Shown one piece after another: positions 1 to 13,309 of a stretch of 64,000 nt of DNA. The notes below the pieces were generated by a model. The model was not told the DNA's origin. It did no database searches and saw nothing but the letters and a program-made list of their open reading frames with translations. The translations under genes and the position numbers were made by a program. This DNA is from Felis catus (lineage: Eukaryota): assembly GCF_018350175.1 (NCBI RefSeq), contig NC_058382.1, positions 59,522,001 through 59,586,000 of the forward strand. The letters run 5' to 3'. The stretch's first letter is position 1, and each line of letters opens with the position of its first letter.

Positions 1-1496
1 CCATATAAATGGAGCCATTCCATATGTGACCTTTGGTCCAGATCTGGTCTCAGGGAGACCCTGAGCAGCACTCGGCCTCCCAACAAGGCTCCCCATTCCA
101 AGGGGACACAGAAAGCTTCGCAGCCTCTCCTCCCAGTGCGCCGCTGGTGACGGCAGCTTCCAGCACGTTAACTGCGTGCCTCCTGCTCGCCCTCACTCAG
201 TCCACATTTGTGAGCATTTATGTAGCACTTCCGGGGTTCCAGGTGCCATGTGCAACTGCATGAGATGAATAGGGGCGGCCACTGCCTTCCAAGAACTCAC
301 ACAACCGGGAGCACCTGGGCAAGCTGCAATCTCTGTGATATGGACTGAGTCCCGCAGCTGGCAAGCTGGAATGACACTCACGGTAAAGTGACGGCCAGGA
401 AGAGCGTGAAGGAGCAAGGAGCCCTGGGTACCTGGTGGCGGGCGGCACTCACTCTCGGGGCCAGGCAAGTGTTGCTCAGGTGGGCACCACCTTCAATTCT
501 GCACACCGGGCACCTGACTCTGTCCTCACCCAGGCTGGGCCCTAACAGTGCCCAGCAGGGCAGGCAAACTGACTTTGGGGGGGCTTCCTACGGGCTGGGC
601 AGAGCATACGGACAGTTTTCTATCTTTTAACTTACCCATTACTGCCAGCCGAGGAGACAGCATGGGCTCCTCCCCTCCCTTCTGCACACCAGGCTCAGAG
701 AGGTGAAGGAGCTGGCCTAAAGCCACAGAGCTTTTGCGTGACACAGCCGGAGCTTGGCCCTAACTCCAAACAGTCACAGGCAGGAACCTGTCATCTTAAT
801 AATGAAAATGTGTGACTTTACATGGTGTCTCAAAGTGAGGGAGCTTTCCTGAGGGCCTCACCAGCATTGACACGTCCATTCCCTAGAACCACAGAGTAGG
901 CATTAATCTGGCCCCCCTCCTACACCTGCAGCCCGGAAGGGCTAACCAGCTCACTCGGGTAGGAGCCGGAAGGGGGGGGGGGGGGGAGCAGGGAGTAGCA
1001 AGTCCGCACGAACGTCTGTGTTTCATCACGGGCACAATGCTACCTGCCTCTAATTTCTATTTCGTGCTCACCAATACTTATTTGGCCCTTGTCCATCCGA
1101 AATTCTGGGGTCTACCCAGAAGTCCACTGGCCAGGGTGCCATTTCCCAGGCCCCTCTGTCCATGGCCAGGAACACAGGTGTGGTACCTGGTATCCGCTGA
1201 GGTGGCCATGCCTGCCGAAGGAGCACACGTGCAGTGACACCTGTCTTGCACGCCTGTGTTGTGCATCACCACCCCCATGCCAGCCCCCAGCACAAACACA
1301 CAGGCTTGTTGGAAGACAACTCAAGATTCCCAGATGGTGCTAGAGAGGCACAGAGCAGCTCATCTCTGGTTTTCACAGACCCTTGGCAGCCCGAGACTGC
1401 TGTTCTCCTATGAGGTTCGAGCCTGAAGCCCTGCCCACCTCAGCCAGGGTCGGTCGGGCAGCTCTCCAAAGTCACAGGACTGACAGGAGATACATA

Positions 1497-1817
1497 CAGT
1501 TGACCCTCAGCACAAATTCAAACCACACGCATCCACTGACACGTATATTTTTTCCAAAAAATATGGCACAGGACTGTAAATGTATTTTCCTTATGATTTT
1601 CTTAATAACACTTTTGTTTCTCTAGCTGACTGTAAGAATACAGCACGTAATACACATAACAGACAAAAGACGCGTTACCTGTTGCGTGTTCTCGGTGAGG
1701 GTTCAGGCCAACGATACGTGATTGCAGTTAAGTTTTGGGGGAGTCAGAAACTATACACAGATTTTTAACTACACGGGGGTCCACATCTCTAGCCCCCTGC
1801 TGTTTGAGGGTGGACTG
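1497..1817. mobile_element. Tigger2-like (TcMar) non-autonomous DNA transposon
   Basis: Imperfect terminal inverted repeats CAGTTGACCCTCAGCA and revcomp CAGTCCACCCTCAAACA, preceded by TA. Internal agttaagttttgggggagtca motif. Confidence 0.75.
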
Positions 1818-2085
1818 GATACATAAAGAGATTTGCCTCAAGCAATTGGCTCACAGGACGATGGAGCCCCGCAAGGCTGAAAACTCAGGCAGGAGCTGAT
1901 GTTTCAGTCTTGAGGCAGAATTTCTTCCTCTCAAGGAAACCTCAGATTTTGCTTTTCAGCCCCTCACCTGATCGGAGGAGGCCCACCCAGATCATCCAGG
2001 TTATGCAAAGCCTCCTGACTCAGAGGTTGACTGCACCTGCCAAAAAGCCTTCTCAGCAACAGATAGGTTAGTTTTGGACCAAAGC
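1818..2085. mobile_element. MLT2-like (ERVL) LTR fragment interrupted by the Tigger
   Basis: aattggctcaca...tcttgaggcagaatttcttc...ggaggcccacccagat motifs resemble MLT2. Confidence 0.6.
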
Positions 2086-2669
2086 CCAGCCATCTCACAG
2101 CCCGAGGGGTCTCCCCAGGCTTCAGAACCCACTTAGGTGTGAGACCCCCTTCAGGGCTACACAAACCAAGGAGCCAGAGTTGAAACACAAGCAGGTGTCA
2201 CCCGTGGAAGGAAGGGTGGAAGGGTCTCGCTTTCTTTCTACAAAATGTTATGTGGGATGCTCTTGCGCACTGAGAAAAACACAAAGGTGGACACGTGTGG
2301 ACGTGCATCCTCAGAAAGCGCAGACATGAAGCCGTGGGGGCCTTCTAGGGTTTGCCATGCCACAAAGGTAATCTTGCTAAGCAGGTGCTTCCACAAAGTC
2401 ACTAGGCAACAAAAAAAAAAGCCGTGAGTTTTAAATTCTGGTGGTGAATTCTCTCATCTAGGACGAATCATTCTGTAATACAATGAAAACTCCCCAAATG
2501 CACAGAAAAACCACCTGACTCAAAACATCGGCAGGGTGACCCCACCCCACAGCAGCACAACAGCACATCATGGAGTCGTCCCCACGAGACCCGAGCCCTG
2601 GCGATAAAATGTGTGTGACTCTCGCTGAAGACATGAGAGGCTGGGACGGAAGGTCAGCAAAAAGATACC

Positions 2670-3762
2670 TGCACAGTGAAGGAAACAATCAGCAAAACTA
2701 ATAGGCAACTGACGGAATGGGAGAAGATATTTGCAAACAACATACCTGATAAAGGGTTAGTGTCCAAAATCTATAAAGAACTTACCAAATTCCACACCCA
2801 AAAAACAAATAATCCAGCGAAGAAATGGGCAAAAGACATGAATAGACACTTCTCTAAAGAAGACATCCAGATGGCCAACCAACACATGAAAAGATGCTCA
2901 ACATCACTCATCATCAGGGAAATACAAATCAAAACCACACTGAGATACCACCTCACACCTGTCAGAGTGGCTAACATTAACAACACAGGAAACAACAGAT
3001 GCTGGCAAGGATTTGGAGAAACGGAACCCTCTTGCTTTGCTGGTGGGAATGCAAACTGGTGCAGCCGCTCTGGAAAACAGTATGGAGGTTCCTCAAAAAA
3101 ATTAGAAACAGAACTACCCTACAACCCAGCAATTGTACTACTAGGAATTTATCCAAGGGATACAGGATACAGGTATGCTGTTTCGAAGGGGTGCGTGCAC
3201 CCAATGTTTATAGCAGGACTATCGACAATAGCCAAAGTATGGAAAGAGCCCAAATGTCCATCAACTGATGAATGGATAAAGAAGATGTGGTATATATATA
3301 CAATGGAGTATTACTCGGCAATCAAAAAGAATGAAATCTTGCCATTTGCAACTACGCGGATGGAAGTGGAGGGTCTTATGCTAAGCAAAATAAGTCATCC
3401 AGAGAAAGACAGATATCCTGTGTTTTCACTCATATGTGGAATTTGAGAAACTTAACAGAAGACCATGGGGGAAGGGAGGGAAAAATAAGTTACAGAGAGG
3501 GAGGGAGGCAAACCATAGAGACTCTTAATACAGAGTACAAACTGAGGGTTGATGGGGGTGGAGTAGAGGGGAAAATGGGTGATGGCATTGAGGAGGGCAC
3601 TTGTTGGGACGAGCACTGGGTGTTGTATGGAAGTGATGAATCACGGGAATCTACTCTCGAAGCCAAGAGCACACTCACACTACACACACTGTATGTTAGC
3701 CAACTTGACAATAAACAATAAATATTACAACACTTTAGTAAATACTTGCACACACAAAAAAA
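2670..3762 (+). mobile_element. 5'-truncated carnivore L1 (ORF2 C-terminus + 3'UTR)
   Basis: ORF2 peptides [43 protein letters not shown] (second frame) and [22 protein letters not shown]-rich 3'UTR, AATAAA ~3710, candidate TSD atacctgca at 2665-2673 and 3766-3774. Confidence 0.95.
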
Positions 3763-6700
3763 CATATACCTGCATTAAACGAAAACCCAGGCAGCCAAAT
3801 CCTCCTAGGCTCGGCCCCTGGACACGTTCAGGAGGCCTTTGTGTGACTGCACACGCGGGAGAGAGAAATCACAAACACACTTTTCACTACGGCCGGAGGG
3901 GTGGAAGTGAGTCGGCTTCGCAAGTGGGGTGGGGGCAGGGGAAGGGAAGGAAACGCCGCGGATTACATACTGTCATCTTAGTGGCACAGCTGACGAAAGG
4001 CAGGAAATTTGAAATGGGCGCCGACAACCCGCCGGCCCGGCTCTACGCTCTGGGCCCCGAACAAAAGCCGCACTGTGCGGTGCCCGGGGACGCGGCTGGC
4101 GTGGCCGCCGAGGGAAGGGGCTCAGGCTTCCTTTCCACTTAATGGCTTTTCAGTGCCGGGCGTAGAAACCAAAATGTTTTCTGCGGGGCTGACGCTCCAA
4201 CAAGACGGTTCCGCGAGGAGAGATGGCCCCTCTCTTCGCCTAAGAACGGTCCACTTGCTTTCACCAGCAGGGATGCTGCCTGTCCCCATCTGCACAGAGC
4301 CAGGCGGCCGGGACTTCCCCACCCAGAGCCCAAACACCCTCAGCGCTGTCCTTGCCACAGTAAATCACACGCAGCCCCAGCTGCCACCCACCCCTCAACA
4401 GAAAGCTAAACACCAGCGTGCAAAGAATCCCCTCGGGAGGGACTCCAGGTCTGGACCGAGTGTGCACGTGAGAGTGTGCACGTGCGGGCGTGCACGTGTG
4501 ATGTGCACAGAGAAGGAAAGAGCCCCTCAAAGTGGCAACCACCACTGGCTGACCCGAGTTCTGGGGGAAATCACAGAGTTCCCGTGTCTGTTCACCGAGT
4601 TTAGGGGACAGTCTTGGAAATGCTAGAAGCCCTCCAGGTAGAAGCCTGGGAGGGTCGGGATGGGCTCTGACAACTCCAACCTCACTGGCGAGGCCAGGAG
4701 GGGGAAGAAGGGGAGGCCGGGAGGCGGGCACCAGGTCGGGAGAGGCTGGCCGGCCAGGCTTGTGCCTGAGTGAGGGGCCGGACGGCATGCTGGAAGAAAA
4801 GGAAGACGTGAAAGATGGCAGGGGGCAGGGGGCAGGGGCAGGGGAGACGTGAACAGTAGATCCTCCGCATTGGATTGTGCCTTCCCTTTCATACAACTGA
4901 AGGCTGGAACTCCCAGGCTTGCAGGAAAACCACTAGGAACCTCCACTTCTCACCATGTTTCAGGAGCTCAAATGCTGAAGCAATGTGGTTTTGTCCCCCA
5001 GCTCTGAGGGATTTCTTTGTCACGGTTTAGAAGCCACTCCGGGAGGTCCCACCCAGAGCCAGGGTCACGTGGACTCACCCTGCACCCCTGTCCCTCTCTC
5101 CAAACTGCCCCCAGCTCAACCGGTGCCAGGCCTGAAGCCTCCCTGTCTCCACACAGCTCATCCATGATGCCTATGCCAACGACACAGGAGGAACAGATTC
5201 CTCTCCCTCCGTGTCCCCCCGGTACCTCGGCCAGATCCAGAAGGGCCATCACACACCTCCTCTCAGGTCTGGGAGGGGGGACTGGGCCTTGCATCCTGGG
5301 GAGCCCTGTAAGCGCCGGCTCCTTCTCCCTACAGCGATAAGGAGGGTCTGCGTTCTCCAGCAAAGGCCTTGGGTGAAGGGAGCGGGTCAGAGGCGTCCAC
5401 CATCTCTTGGGATGCCACAACCACGACAGCCACCCAGCCACGGCAAGTGCTCCCTACCTCACGGGCATGGGGCTAAAGGCTTCAAATTCATCATCTCACC
5501 ACCCACTGGCATCTGGACTTTAATCTCCACTTCTCGGGTGAGGAAACTGAGCCCAGAGGGCTCTTGTAACCTGCCCAGGGACGCAGAGCAAGGGGCACAG
5601 GCCAGAGCCCACCTTCTCAACCACTCAGAAAAAGAGAATCAGGTCCTCATTCCACCAGCCTTTCCTGAGGGATTTCCAGGCAGAACTAAAAACAAGAACA
5701 AACAAAAAAACAACTCTTGTAATCTGCAAGACAAGTTCTCCTATGAGCAGAACTCAAAACTCAGATACACAATCTGAAAGGAAGCTCTAACTCATTTTAC
5801 TTTCAAGATTCTTTTCTTCTTCCCCATAACCAACCCAAATGCCCATAATTTCCCCCTCATCTTAAAGCAGCATTTTGGGGAGGAAACGTGGATTGCTCTC
5901 TACTCCGCCCCCGCTGCAGGGCCATAAAGGTGGGACAGCGCCACCTCCTGGGCAGCAGGCACGAGACAGCAAGCATCCAGCTTGGAGGTGCCCACGAGCA
6001 GGCTGTTCCTGAGACCTGCTAAGCACCTTAGCCCCTCAGTCCCACGTGGGAAAGAAAACAATGTGGGCGCGGGTGCTCACAAGAAGAGGAGGCTGCACTG
6101 GCCTCCCCGGGCTCACTCACCTGCTTCGGGGCTGCACTAATACAGGGGCTTCCAGGGATGCCTACCAGCGTATTTTGAAGGTCGGCTACCAAACGGACCC
6201 ATGAGCCAGAGGACGCAGAGCCTCCTGGGGCCGGGAGACAGCCAACACCAGGGAGGACAGCCTGAGGCAGCCCGTCCGTGGGGGCCCCAGGGAAAGAATC
6301 AGGGGCACGGGGCAGGTGCTCAGCGTTCACCACAGGACCCGGCAGGAGGGAGAGGCCCCAATAAATGTGTGATGAAGCAAAACGAGGTAAGTCAAGCAGC
6401 AAGCAGGCCTGCCTGCCCTCAACCACAGCTGTGGGCATGCTGGGGGTCCAGCCTAACTGAGGACGCAGGGCCCCCACCTGCCCAGCGCTTACAGGACAGT
6501 GGGGGACCCCAGAAACACACAAATGAAAACATGGCTAATTTAGTCCCACAAAGTTCATTACAGTAAGTTAAGGTTTTCAGGTAAGATCCCTCCACAGAGG
6601 AGGAGCTGGGGTTCCCCAGAGACACAGGCCACTTGAAACCTTCATTTATTCATTCAATATGGACTGAGCGTCTATGCAGTGCCAGCTGCTGTGACAGGCA

Positions 6701-8429
6701 CTTGATGTGTATTGTGCCATCAGCTCTTCACCACCACCCCCCGGGGTAAGAACAGAATCTGCATTCTGTAGATCTGGAAGCTGTGTTCCAGAGGGGCCGA
6801 TTAGCTTGTCCAAGTCAGCAGAACCACAACTGGAGCCAACATTCAAACCCAAAGCCCATGTATGGAGTGTGCTAAGCCCCACGATGGTCCTTCATCCAGA
6901 AGGTATTTGGTGAGTTCCCGTCACAGGGCAGGCACTGAGTCAGGTCCTCGGGACGTGTCAGGGAAGAGAGCGGGACGAGGGCCCTGCCCACCAAGACCAA
7001 TGACCATCAAGTGAACGAGACAGCAAGACACAGGGAGAAAGGCAGACTGCTCGTGCGCAAAGCTGGACAGACCCGCTCTCAAGCCCTGGCTCTCCTCTCA
7101 CCTCTCTGACCCCATCTTCTCGTCTCTACAACAGAAAGAGGAGCCGGTCGACGTGAAGACGGAACTACCTGACACCCAGGACAGACCCCACAGCGGTGGC
7201 TGTTTTGGGGAGCAGCTAGGAAGGCAGCACGCCCCCAGGGGGGCCGACGGGAGGCCCACAGGCAGGGGATGCCGAGAGGGAAGGCAGTCGCCTGGTGCTG
7301 AATTAAGAGTCATCTGATGGCCGTGCCGGGGATGCTGGGGCCGGAGGACGGGAGCGGGCCGTGCCACGAGGCCACAGGGCGGCACCGATGCATCAAATGC
7401 CCTGTCGGTGACGCTTACTGACAGTCTCAGGTATGCTGTGTGTTTTTCAAGGTGGGAAAGATTCTGTCTTCCTGTTTTTGACTTCTTAGTTTGATGCAAT
7501 TTCAAACTTGCAGTAAATTCAGAAAAGTATAAAAAATCCCCACATGCCCTTAACCCGGATGCCACCAATGTTCACATTTTCCCACGTTTGTCTTATGCTT
7601 TTGTCTCTGTGTTTGTTTTTAGAGCCATTTAGGAGCGAGCTGTCATGCAGACACGATGGCCCCCTGACCCCTCAGTGGGGTGTGTATGTCCTTGAAACAA
7701 GGACACTCTCTTTCTCAGCTCTGGTACTCAGCACAGCACCTCACAACCAGAAATCTACTGCAACACACATCACTAACCTACAAGTGTCGTGTCCTGACAG
7801 CGTCCTTCATACCCAAGACAGTCCCAGACCGTGCCCTGTGTCTCCAGCCCTCCCCTCATCAGCAACATTCCTCAGTCTTCCTGATCTTTGTCAGCCCTGG
7901 TCTTGCGTAGCATGCATGCCCTTTGGTTTGGGTTTGTCTGACACTTTGTCCTAATGAGACCGAGGGTAAGCATTCCAGGCAGGAGCTCTGGAAAGTGAGA
8001 GGTGTTCCTGCCCAGGGCACAGTGTCAGGAGGCCCACTGCGTGTACCTGTCTGTTAACGGTGACATTCCCACCAAGATGGCATTGACCAGGTTTCTTCAT
8101 TATAAAGTCCTTTATCCTTTGTGATCAGTTTCTAGTGGGTAGGTTCTTTTGAGACCACGTAAATATTCTGTTACTCAAGAAAACTTCCACCCACCTGGAG
8201 ACAGCTTCAGCGTACTAACAACCTCGCCGAAATCAGTGATGGTAAGACGCTTGCCACACGGCGGCCCTCCAATCATTTCCTCCAACTCTATTAGTTGGTA
8301 CCTGGTGTGCCTTTTCTTAGACAGATGATCACATAACAGCGGGAGATTCGTCTGCCCGCTTCCTTCTCGCCCCTACAGTCTATTTCCCATATGAGAAGCA
8401 GAGAGACCCTTTGAACAAGGAAATCAAAG

Positions 8430-8700
8430 CCTGTTCACATGAAAAAGGATGAATCTGGACCCCTATCTTACCTCTTACACAGAAGTTAACTCAAAATGGA
8501 GAAAGAGGCTCGATATAAGAGCTAAAAATTTCAGTCCCTAAAAGAGAACAGAGGGGTGAGTCTTCCCAACACTGAACTTTCCAACAGATTCCGAGACACG
8601 ATAACAAAAACAGAAAAACTGATCAGCTGGGCTTGACCTGACATTTCAAAGTACGCTATCAGAAAGTGAACACACAACCCCATACAGGGAGTGTACATGG
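8430..8700 (+). mobile_element. Old L1 ORF2 fragment
   Basis: gaatctggacccctatcttacc...aactcaaaatgga resembles degraded L1 ORF2. Confidence 0.65.
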
Positions 8701-10499
8701 ATCACAGCCCTGATGGGCACGGAGGTGTCCCCAGCTCAGGCCACCTTTCCACAGGCCCCACGAGCCTTCTGTCCCTTCCACCTGACAGCTCTGGGCTACA
8801 TCGAATGACACAAACCTGCTGCCTTTGTTGCCCCAACTGCTCCTCACTGACCCTGCAGACAGTGCCTCTCAGAGACTTCCACGTGCGCACGCATCACCTG
8901 GGGTCTTTTAAGTTGCAGGTTCTGATCCAGTGGGTCTGGGGGCAGGCTGTTTCTGTGCTTCAGGGAAGCACCCAGGCAGGCTGCTGTTCTGGCCCATGGA
9001 CCACTGTCTAAGTCACAGGTAACAAAAGACCTATTTACTGCACCAAGTAACGGGGACAGGAGGTCCTTTCCCCAACCACTGCCTTCCCAGAGCGTTGCAA
9101 AGGGCTACCGCCCTCTGCAGCCAGTGCCGGGCAGCTGGCATTTGTCCTCTTGATGTGGATTAGACTCTCATAACTTGGAGATGAGGGACAGGAGAGGCTC
9201 AGGGACCACAGGTAGTCGCTTCCCCATAATCTTGCAATTCTTGTGTGTTCCAAAGTAGATGATCCACTCTCTTTTCAGGACAATGAGGTAAACAGAGAAA
9301 GTGACTTAAAAGCTTATCTGGCCGTGAAAGAAGAGATCCAAGTAATCGCTAATGTGGAGCGGAGAGCCAGAAAAAGCTGTGTGTGCTCCCTTTCCTCCCT
9401 GCTGGCACTTGAGGGCTGGCTGCAGCCCCTGCCCACATCCACGGAACCGCGGTGAGGGCAAGGGATAAAAGACAAGACAGAGCGGAGGATAAAGGGTATC
9501 TGAGAGCCAACTCCATGTCTGGCTTGAGTAATGAGGTCACTTGTCCATTTTTTACAGACAAAGACACTGAGGCTCAGGAAAGGCGAAAGGGTTGTCCAAG
9601 GGCACACGGCAACCAAGCTGGCAAGAAACAGTTGTCTCCCTGACTCCTAACAGGTCTCCTAAACTGAATGTTTACATCAAGAGGAGAAGAAAGGTGCAAA
9701 TGGCATTTGGGGGATGGCAACTACATAAATCAATGTGTTCCAATTAACTTGGAAAAACTCACTGAGAAAACAAACACTATACTAAATGAGGAGAGGAGTA
9801 AAATCTATAGGCAGACCAAGGATAGTTTTCCAGATATAGGATCTTAAGGAATGGAATGAATGGTTTAGGATGATCTATTTGTTATTCGTTTATCTCAATA
9901 AGCAATCAGGAGTCTAGAAAGCATTAAATAAGCAGCTACTGTGTGCCAGGCCTTTCAGTAAAGGCAAGAGGGTGAAAGGGATCGTGCATTTAAGCCTTGC
10001 GACAATCACCTGTCATTCCCTTTTTATATATGAGGAAACCAGGGTTCAGAGAAGCCACTACTCTGCCCGGCCGGAATGAGAAGCCAAGTCTGCATGCACC
10101 TGTGTCCCCAACAGGGCACCAGGCAAGTATCACCCCCTTTCCATCTCAGAAACACCAAGTCCTGCGGCTCCGACTACATGGCCAAAGGATGTATCTGATA
10201 CTGTTCTCAATGTTGACCTAGAGTCAGGAAAACCACAGTCTTCTGATCCAAGTAAGTAGGAAACTAGTGACGTGCTGTCTACAGGAAATAACCGTTAAGT
10301 AAAAAGATGCTTCTGGCAATAACAGAGTAATAAGTACCAGATTTTTCCCTTCCCATCTTATACAACAGAAGGGGAAGGAGGGGGAGGGGAAGTAGAAACA
10401 GCAGTAGTGATACGTGAACGGTCATTAGTTCAGGACAGTTGTGCCCGAGACAGTGGAAACAGAGGAGGTGAGTTTCATGAAGGAAAATACATGGCACCC

Positions 10500-11520
10500 A
10501 AGACGGAGAGTGTCTTCACTGAGATCAGCACTAGGCTCTTGCAGCTGGAAAAAGAATTGGTGAAGACAGGTGGATAGAAGTTTTCCAAACTCTTAACACA
10601 AAGAGGAAGCGAAGCAGGAAGGGGGTGGGAGGGGGACAATGACCATGACGACAATGAGCAGTTTTAAATGCACCTGGGACAATATAAATAATTTAACATA
10701 CTTGTAACTGAAACCCCAGAAGAGAGTCACAATGATGTAAAAGATATATGTGAAGAGGTGACAGCTGAGCATTTTACAAAAATAATGAAAGATATCAAGT
10801 CACAAATCCAAAAAGGTCAGAGAACTCCAAGCAGGATTATTTACTAGGGGAAAAAAAAAAAAAAAAAAAAACAGACAGACCTATCATAGTCAAAACCCTG
10901 AAAGAGAAAGAGAAAATCATTAAGGCAGCCCAGGGAAATTAAGGAAATATAAGAACAACAACAGACTTGTCATCAGGAACTATGTGGTCCAGAGGACAAT
11001 GAAGCACTGAGACAGAAAACAACAGGTGACACAGAATTCTACCTCCAGCAAAAAACAACTCTTATAAATGAAAGCAAAATTTAAATTTTTTTCCAGAAAA
11101 ATAAAATCTGAGATAATTAATTACAGAAGATCCCTGCTACAAGATATTAAAGCTAAGCTTTTCAGGAACAAGGAATATAAAACAAGACGGAAATTTGGGT
11201 CTACACCGAGAAATGAAGAGCTCTGGAAACTGTTCACACAAAGGGAAGACCTTCTTGATCATTCCAGAATACTGAGTGTCTAAAGCAAAGGCCGGTGGAT
11301 TTATAGCCTATGTAAAAGAAACATACGAAACCAACAGCACAGAAGGTGGGAGTCCTTATTTGCAAGGAGACTGAAAATGGAGGATGCATATCTAAACCCT
11401 AGCACAGCCAACCAAAGTGTCATTAGCTGCTTAATAAAAATATAGTAACAACATATTATCGATTTGTAACGTATGTACTCAATACGACGTACAAGAAAAA
11501 GGTAGGGGCTGGAGGAAACG
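10500..11520 (+). mobile_element. Old L1M fragment (ORF1/inter-ORF region)
   Basis: A-rich. cagagaactccaagcaggat, catagtcaaaac..gaaa, aaggcagcc and agaattctacctccagcaaaa resemble L1 ORF1. Confidence 0.65.
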
Positions 11521-12974
11521 GTTAGTCACATCACTCTGACAATCCAAGCACGGTGGACCGTCCCCCACACAGGGTCAGGGAGAGAACTAAGTGAGATCGC
11601 ACGTGTGCAATATGGAGCCCAGTCCTGACGTGTGCTAACGCTGCGCGATACCCGTTGAAGGAATGAGTCAGCAGCACACAACTCATTCTTCGCACGACAG
11701 TTAGGGGTTCTTCCAAAGCACAGAATCCCAAAAAGCTGAATGTAGACTTTCCATGTGGTGCTCACGAAGAAGAGGGTTAACTGCCAGCTAGCTTTGTGTC
11801 TTTAAGGCCTGGTCTGGAATATAATCTATAAATGATTCCACCTCCAGGAACTCCGTCTCCCTCCCAGGGCTTGTAAGTGAGACAGTCTCGTTAGCAATGG
11901 CAGTCAGGAAAAGTAAGCCAACCACAGCTTATGTTGAGAAAAGGACATTTTTATCCCCCCCCCCCCACATCTGTAATGCACATTATTTCCTGTGATGAAC
12001 ATTTGTACTGCTGTGTCTAACCTTGGGAAGATCCTAAGAGGAATGTATAAACTACCCGCAAACTCTACAGCAAACTAGCCCACAAATACTCTCCAACCTG
12101 CCTTGACACCTGAAGATTACTGTGAATCTAGTAAATCTAACATTAAATAATATTACTATGCATCTAACAAGGCTAACAGAATAACAAACTCTAGGCTAAA
12201 GGCAGTAAATAAAGCCCAAGGAAAGATCTTTAACTGAGACGTTGATCAAAAGAATTACCCGTTTTTCATCTTGCACCCAGGAAACATGACCCAACTTAAG
12301 AGAAAACACTTGCAGAAAGAGGATGAGGGGGAGACCGGGGCATGACTGGGGAAAGGCCGGGGGGGTCTCTGAGGCTGGCGTGCTGGGCACTGCAGGCCCT
12401 GCCTGCTGTCCCCGGCCCCACTGCCCCCCGGTTGGCTCCCACAGTTTCTGCGGCAGCCAGCTGCAGAGTCCCCGGACTGTGTGCATCCTGCTTTCTGCTC
12501 GGCTTCTCCGCCACTGCCTGCAGAGGCCCATCCGCCAGAGAAGCACCAAAGGCGCTTGTGCCTCTGTGTCTCAATTTTACGTTCTTGAGAACATGGTCGC
12601 AGTCTGTGGAGCCTCAGTGCCTGTTAGCTCTGAGATCCTGCCCCTTCCATAGCTGTTCAATCTGTTATTCGTCCCCCTTGCCAAGAGACATACTGGGGCT
12701 GAGCCCACACTCGCTCACTGCCTGGCTATGTGACCTTCGGCAGGTCACTGCAGCTCTGGGACCCTCAGTTACCTCACCTGGTCAAGTCAGGATGAATTAA
12801 GATCATGCATGTTTAGAAGTCTGTGGAGCAGGCAGAGGGAGTTACTATTATTACTGTAGGCGCTCAGAAACTGTCAGTCCACTTCCCTTCCCCTTTTCCA
12901 TTGTAGAAGAGCAAAACATTCTGTTAGTCATCAACAAACTGCAGCAAAGGCGGCCCGGCCCACCAGCTCATCTC

Positions 12975-13169
12975 TTTTTTTATTTTTTTAAATGTTTATT
13001 TATTTTTAAGAGACAGAGCATGAGTGGGGGCAGGGCACAGAATCCGAAGCAGGCTCCAGGCTCTGAGCTGTCAGCACAGAGCCCGACACAGGGCTCAAAC
13101 CCACAAACCACAAGATTGTGACCTGAGCTGAAGTCGGACGCTCAACCGACTGCGCCACCCAGGCGCCCC
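12975..13169 (-). mobile_element. CanSINE (SINEC_Fc2-like)
   Basis: Reverse head ccacccaggcgcccc, poly-T tail, TSD ccagctcat on both sides. Confidence 0.93.
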
Positions 13170-13309
13170 TCCAGCTCATTTGTTACATGCATGTTCTCAC
13201 AGTCCTGAGCATGCATTTCATCGTTTTCCCATGCGGGGTGAGTGGTAAGTGAGAGAACATCTCTGGCTCTCACTACATACAAGGCACTGTCCTGCAGAAA
13301 CAGGACAAG

